From: Octopus vulgaris | Lineage: Eukaryota | Reading direction: 5' to 3' | NCBI GenBank assembly: GCA_951406725.2 | Contig: OX597816.1 | Coordinates: 54,250,001-54,314,000, forward strand | DNA: 64,000 nucleotides | Shown: one piece after another, positions 58,750 to 64,000 of the stretch | How the letters are laid out: each line of letters opens with the position of its first letter | How positions within the stretch are numbered: the first letter of the stretch is position 1 | The notes under the pieces: generated by a model | Told to the model about the DNA's origin: nothing | What the model saw: the letters and a program-made list of their open reading frames with translations, nothing else | Databases searched by the model: none | Program-made: the position numbers and the translations under genes

Positions 58750-60220
58750 GGATACATGGAAATAATCATTTACCAGGAATCTTTATCAATCTTTGGAAAT
58801 CCCCTCTCTCAATACATAAAAGAAAATTGGAAACGATTCTTAGACGATTGTTTTATTCTCTGGAATGAAAACACAGATAAACTCCTAAAATTTAAAACCT
58901 ATTGAACTGCATAAACCCAAATATACAGTTTACAATGGAATACAACCAAAAGGAGCTCCCGTTCTTGGATATACTAATTTAAAAAATTAACCTTAAAATA
59001 GAAACAGACATTTTTAACAAAGCCACAGACGCCAAACAATACCTTCTTTTAATTCATGCCACCCAAGACACACTAAAACAAACATCCCCTTCAACCTTGC
59101 AAGAAGGATATGTACAATAGTGTCAGAACAAAATACCAGGAACTTTAGACTGCAAGAACTCAAAAACACCCTAATTGACAGACATTACCCAGCTCAACTC
59201 ATAGAGGTTGGGATCAGACGTGCAACAGAAATCAACATAGAAACTTTAAGAAAAGTTCAACACAACAACACACCTTCCCCGAAAATACTACCTTACATAT
59301 CTACATACAACCCCAGAAACAAAGAAGCCTTCACCATCATCACCCAGAATTTACCAATACCTCATAAAAACCCCAAATTAAAGGAAATTCTAAACATACA
59401 CCAAATCATTAAAAGCTACAAACAGCCTAAATCACTTTAAAAGATTCTCATAAAGGCAAAATTGTCTTCTGAAATTACGGATGCAAAAGTAAAAAAATGT
59501 GGTAGATCGAACTGTGCAACATGTCCTAACCTGCTAGAAGGATCAGTATTCCTCTTTAAAGAGGGACAGAAATTCAAGATCAAATCTAACTTTACTTGTG
59601 CCTCTGAAAACATAATTTATGTCATAAAATGCTCGGGCTGCCACCAAGACTACGTGGGTTCCACGGGACTATCACTCAGACGTAGATGCACACTGCATCG
59701 ACAACAGATTGCATTCCCAGAATATAGAATGATACCTTTTAGTGAGCACATTGAGAAATGCGCAAAGCAACTACTACCACAATTTTTAATCTTTCCATTT
59801 TACCAATGTGCTTTCGGATCATCAACACAAATTAGACTAAACAAGGAAACATTCTTCATTGAAAAGTACAAGCCCAGACTCAACCATCCGAACATACTGA
59901 TACAGAGAAATTCACATTAAGGGAAAGGAAAAAATTTTAAGCGATTATCTCCCTTACACCGGAAGAAATCACCCACTACCTCCCCTTATTTAGAACTCTC
60001 CGGAACATAAACACGATAACTCTATTCAACATAAACATAACGTCACAAGAAATTTGAAAAGCTACACGCGAAACCGGTCTTTCTTTTAAATTATGTCATT
60101 ATAAGAGAAAAAATGTTTTTAAAAATTTTCTAATATTCTTCAGACATATTGACGCAAATATATATATTTTTTAACATTTAAGCCTTCTGTCGTTTTTTCA
60201 CACTTTACTATTTTCTATAT
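58747..60220 (+). mobile_element. Penelope-like (Neptune-type) element, 5'-truncated; right arm of palindrome
   Basis: Starts MGYMEIIIYQES..WKRFLDDCFILW; RT thumb; ORF 59462-59920 carries the Cys linker plus GIY-YIG nuclease ending RLNKETFFIEKYKPRLN; ~300-nt 3' region. Confidence 0.95.
60047..60085 (+). ncRNA. Minimal hammerhead-like motif, U3:A8 variant, in the PLE 3' region
   Basis: AAGAAA-U-UUGAAAA-GC(UACAC)GC-GAAA-CCGG-UC-UUUCUU; palindromic ACCGGU stem III; one extra U between stem I and the core. Confidence 0.6.
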
Positions 60221-60297
60221 ATTCACCCACGTGCTTTCACAAACCAACTTTCTTATCTATATATATGTATTTATATATATGTATATATATACATATG

Positions 60298-60360
<63 letters not shown>

Positions 60361-60362
60361 GC

Positions 60363-60444
<82 letters not shown>

Positions 60445-60464
60445 GTGTGTGCATGTATACATAC

Positions 60465-60515
<51 letters not shown>

Positions 60516-60708
60516 CATATATATGTGCATGTATACAAGAATTCTATAATTATGAGCATAATTATAATTAGGGTTCAGCAAAATTTGCTTCATCACATAC
60601 CGAAATTTAGAAATAGCAGTTAAAATACTATTCTACTACCATCAGATATCTCCCAGACAGCAATACTCTACAACTCATGCAGGTATCATTATGTATATGC
60701 ATGTGTGC

Positions 60709-60756
<48 letters not shown>

Positions 60757-61663
60757 TCATACATATCGTATGTAGGGGCATCGATTCAATGGCTGATTCA
60801 GAAAAATAGTAATGTGTAAATTATTAACTAACAAAGCTGGCTAAGACGCACTATAAATCCAAAAAGAAGAATTTCAGTTGTCACTAATAGAGACTGAGGG
60901 TGCTAGAAATAAGAGTCAAAGACCTTTATAATCACAAACACATACACACAGAGAAACACACATGCATACATGAGAGAATTAGTGATATGTAACCAAGAAA
61001 GACACATGGCACTGACAGAAACACACCAAATCAAGCAGACACATACACGCACACACACACATTCACACACGCATATCATACATAAGACACACATAATAGA
61101 TACATAATGTATGTATATATGTATATATCTGTATGTGTGTGTGTGTGTATGTGTTGTTTTTTTGTCTATATATAATATAATTTTTCGCTATCAACTCTGT
61201 TTTATAATCTCAGTTTTTTTTTTTGGAGGGGGGGTATTAGGACTAATTAGATCTTCGACACCTTTATCCATATAACATAGTTGTTGTCACGATTCTTTCC
61301 GCTATGTTCGTCTGCAAATTGTATGTCTACTGTCGTGAGAACTATTTAAAAGAACCTTGAGCGCTTGTTTCATAATCATTTCCCCATTCCACCTCCTCCG
61401 ACACCTCCAATCACATCCACGCACATTATGTCATTATCAGATTTTTGACGACTCATTCGAAATGCTAGCAACATCTTCCTACTTTTCCTAGCTCAGCTTC
61501 TTGCTTCATTTAACTTCCAATTTATATTGCTAAAACCATGATTATGGAGGCACTACATATATCCATATTCATTTCATCCGTTTACCTTATGTTGTTGTGG
61601 TTACTGTTGTCATCATCATCATCATCATCATGATCATCGTCGTCGTCGTTGTTGTTATTATTA

Positions 61664-61814
<151 letters not shown>

Positions 61815-61944
61815 CATTTTTAATACTATTATTATTTCCACATTCAATATAATATTCATACTTTTCTGTAATTTATTCTTAAAAGTCTCCAGTTCATCGA
61901 CTTTGTGGCAATAAACGAAATTATTATTATTATTGTTGTTGCTA

Positions 61945-63025
61945 TTCCGAAAAAAATCTCGGATAGTTCTTAATTACCGGTTATTCTTTACTTGAAAGCA
62001 AACAATAACAAATCACCAAAGAGTTCAAGTGGTGTCTTCTCCGGTGACTCAAAGAGACAATACTCTCCTTAGAATGCGAGCTGTGTCCAACAATGCTGTC
62101 TTCTGGATCACTTCGAGCCTGACATCTTCTCCAATATTCTTAATATGTTTTTCAAAGCCATTGGTAACTGCTCCTAATGCTCCAGTTACCACCGGTATCA
62201 CCATTACTTTCTTTATGCCCCATAGCTTTCCTATCTCGTCCCACTACATGGCCTTGCTTTTTGCTTTTTGAGCCAAAAAATTAACTAACTAACTAACTAA
62301 CTAACTATGGCTGGTATTTGTCACTCTTTTCTGTTTCCTTGCCTTAAATCCACGAGTCACCTGGTATTGCAGCATCTATTATCTTTGCTTCTTTTTCATC
62401 TTTATGGATGGTCACAATATCTGGATGCCTCGCCTCTATGACTTGGTCGCACTGTATTTTGAAATCCCAGAGTATTTTGTAGTGTTCATTTTCCATTATT
62501 CCCTCTGGCTTGTGTTCATACCACTGTTCGGCTCTCTCGAGGTTTGCTTTACCTCACAACAGCCACTGGACATATCTGGCCACATTGTCGTGTCTTTTTT
62601 TATATTCACGTTGTGAGAGCTTACAGCACTCACTAACAATATGGTTTATACTTTCTCCATTCACAGAGAACATCCTACACTGTGGCGTGTCAGTGCTTTT
62701 ATCAATGTAATATTTGGAGTAGTTTGTTCTGACAGCTTGTTCTTGAGCGCTGCACACTAATGCCTCAGTGGGCCCTTTTAAGTCTCCTCTCTGCGGCCTT
62801 TGGCAGGTTCTATTCCAATCAGTCTCATGTCTATTCTTCAAGAACTGACTATAAATTTTCTTGTCCTGCCAATTCTTCTTCATCTGCTCTCGCTGGTCTT
62901 TCTTAAATTGTGTTTCATCTACAGCTTCGTTTACTTTTAAGGTTCCCTGCATTTTCACTGTTTCAATCATTTCTTCTTTACTACTCATAATATACCAAGC
63001 CAGGCTATTCTCCCCTTCCCTTACA
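61945..63025 (-). mobile_element. R4/Dong-like 3' portion (CCHC plus RLE) ending at (AAT)n
   Basis: GDLKGPTEALVCSAQEQAVRTN, CRM...ESINHIVSEC..L...EYKKRHDNVA, VIQKTALLDTARILRRVLSL*. Confidence 0.92.
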
Positions 63026-63036
63026 CATATACCCAC

Positions 63037-63131
63037 GGGCATATGACGTAGTGGTTAAAAGCGCGGGCTACTAACCCCAAGATTCCGAGTTCGATTCCAA
63101 GCAATGACCAGAATAATAATAATAATGATGC

Positions 63132-63188
<57 letters not shown>

Positions 63189-63196
63189 TAATAATG

Positions 63197-63254
<58 letters not shown>

Positions 63255-63400
63255 CATCGAAAAATAGGAATGAGAAGCCAGGTTCGAAATTTCCCCAAGA
63301 CCCCTGATGAAGGCTGGAGGGTATATCACCGAAATGTCGTGTTAACGACAAACATGATGAGGACAAATGTCCATCAAATGTAAATAATGTAAATAACGTA
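63037..63400 (+). mobile_element. tRNA-headed SINE-like element with internal (AAT)n and a hammerhead motif
   Basis: A box TGACGTAGTGG, B box GAGTTCGATTCC; CUGAUGA-A-GGCUG...CACC-GAAAUGUC at 63304-63348; tail AAATGT-AAATAATGT-AAATAACGT. Confidence 0.7.
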
Positions 63401-63469
63401 CACCAATCTCTGTCCTCCTTTCCTCTTTACATGCAGTTTTGACACATCACTCTTGGGGTGTAGTTCCTT

Positions 63470-63545
<76 letters not shown>

Positions 63546-64000
63546 CATTATTATTATCATCATTATTATTATTATTATTATTATTGTTGTTGACACTGTT
63601 ATCATTATTTCTATGTCTGTAAGAAGCCGGGTTATACGTCTTAATTCTTTAGTTCAGGGCTTAAACTTGCAATTAGTTCCATGAGAATGTACGATCTAGA
63701 ATTTTTAAAGGGGAGATGGTCACCCTGCCTCCGTTGCCCTCTTTTCAGGGCCTCCAAAACTGCGATGAAGTGAACCTCAGACTGAGGCACCATTAATCTT
63801 CAGAGAGCCCCTTTCTTTCCGGTCCTCCTTCTCCCCTCTCCCTTCTCTTCCACATCTATCCCCTCTTCTATCTGTTCATACTTTATATACTCTAAATATT
63901 AGTTCCACGATATGATTACACGTATCATTTCGTCATTCTGTGCGTTCCAAACATATTCTGTTGTTCTCAGAATTAACAGATACATAGACGGTTCATTGTT

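Noticed and set aside
57297-60220. Palindrome as a pure long-read fold-back chimera
   Set aside because: Mirror symmetry stops at the element's 3' ends, the outer flanks differ and the arms carry scattered substitutions; read-level confirmation is still advisable
60560-60600. Minus-strand GTGATGA-AGCAA..TTGCT-GAACCC
   Set aside because: Two core mismatches without compensation and no stem I

Overview
AT-rich, microsatellite-dense eukaryotic DNA with no recognisable host protein-coding exon. The SINE and microsatellite landscape suggests an octopus/cephalopod genome (inference). The window is a mosaic of retroelements: a near-intact L1/Tx1-like ORF2, several R4/Dong-like, RTE and CR1-like fragments, and three or four tRNA-derived SINE families. 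It also holds DNA-transposon relics (mariner MITE, Tigger/pogo, Tc1-like, a Helitron-like end). The most striking signal is a set of (TA)n-anchored Penelope-like and non-coding elements that carry minimal hammerhead-ribozyme (HHR) motifs, several with non-canonical cores. Two are integrated as fold-back palindromes: a ~2.9 kb Neptune-like RT/GIY-YIG palindrome at 57.3-60.2 kb and a ~0.58 kb triple-HHR palindrome at 54.7-55.2 kb. Different retroelement families appear tied to different microsatellites (TATC, TACA, AAT/GAT, TA). All calls were made by eye; no searches or folding programs were run.
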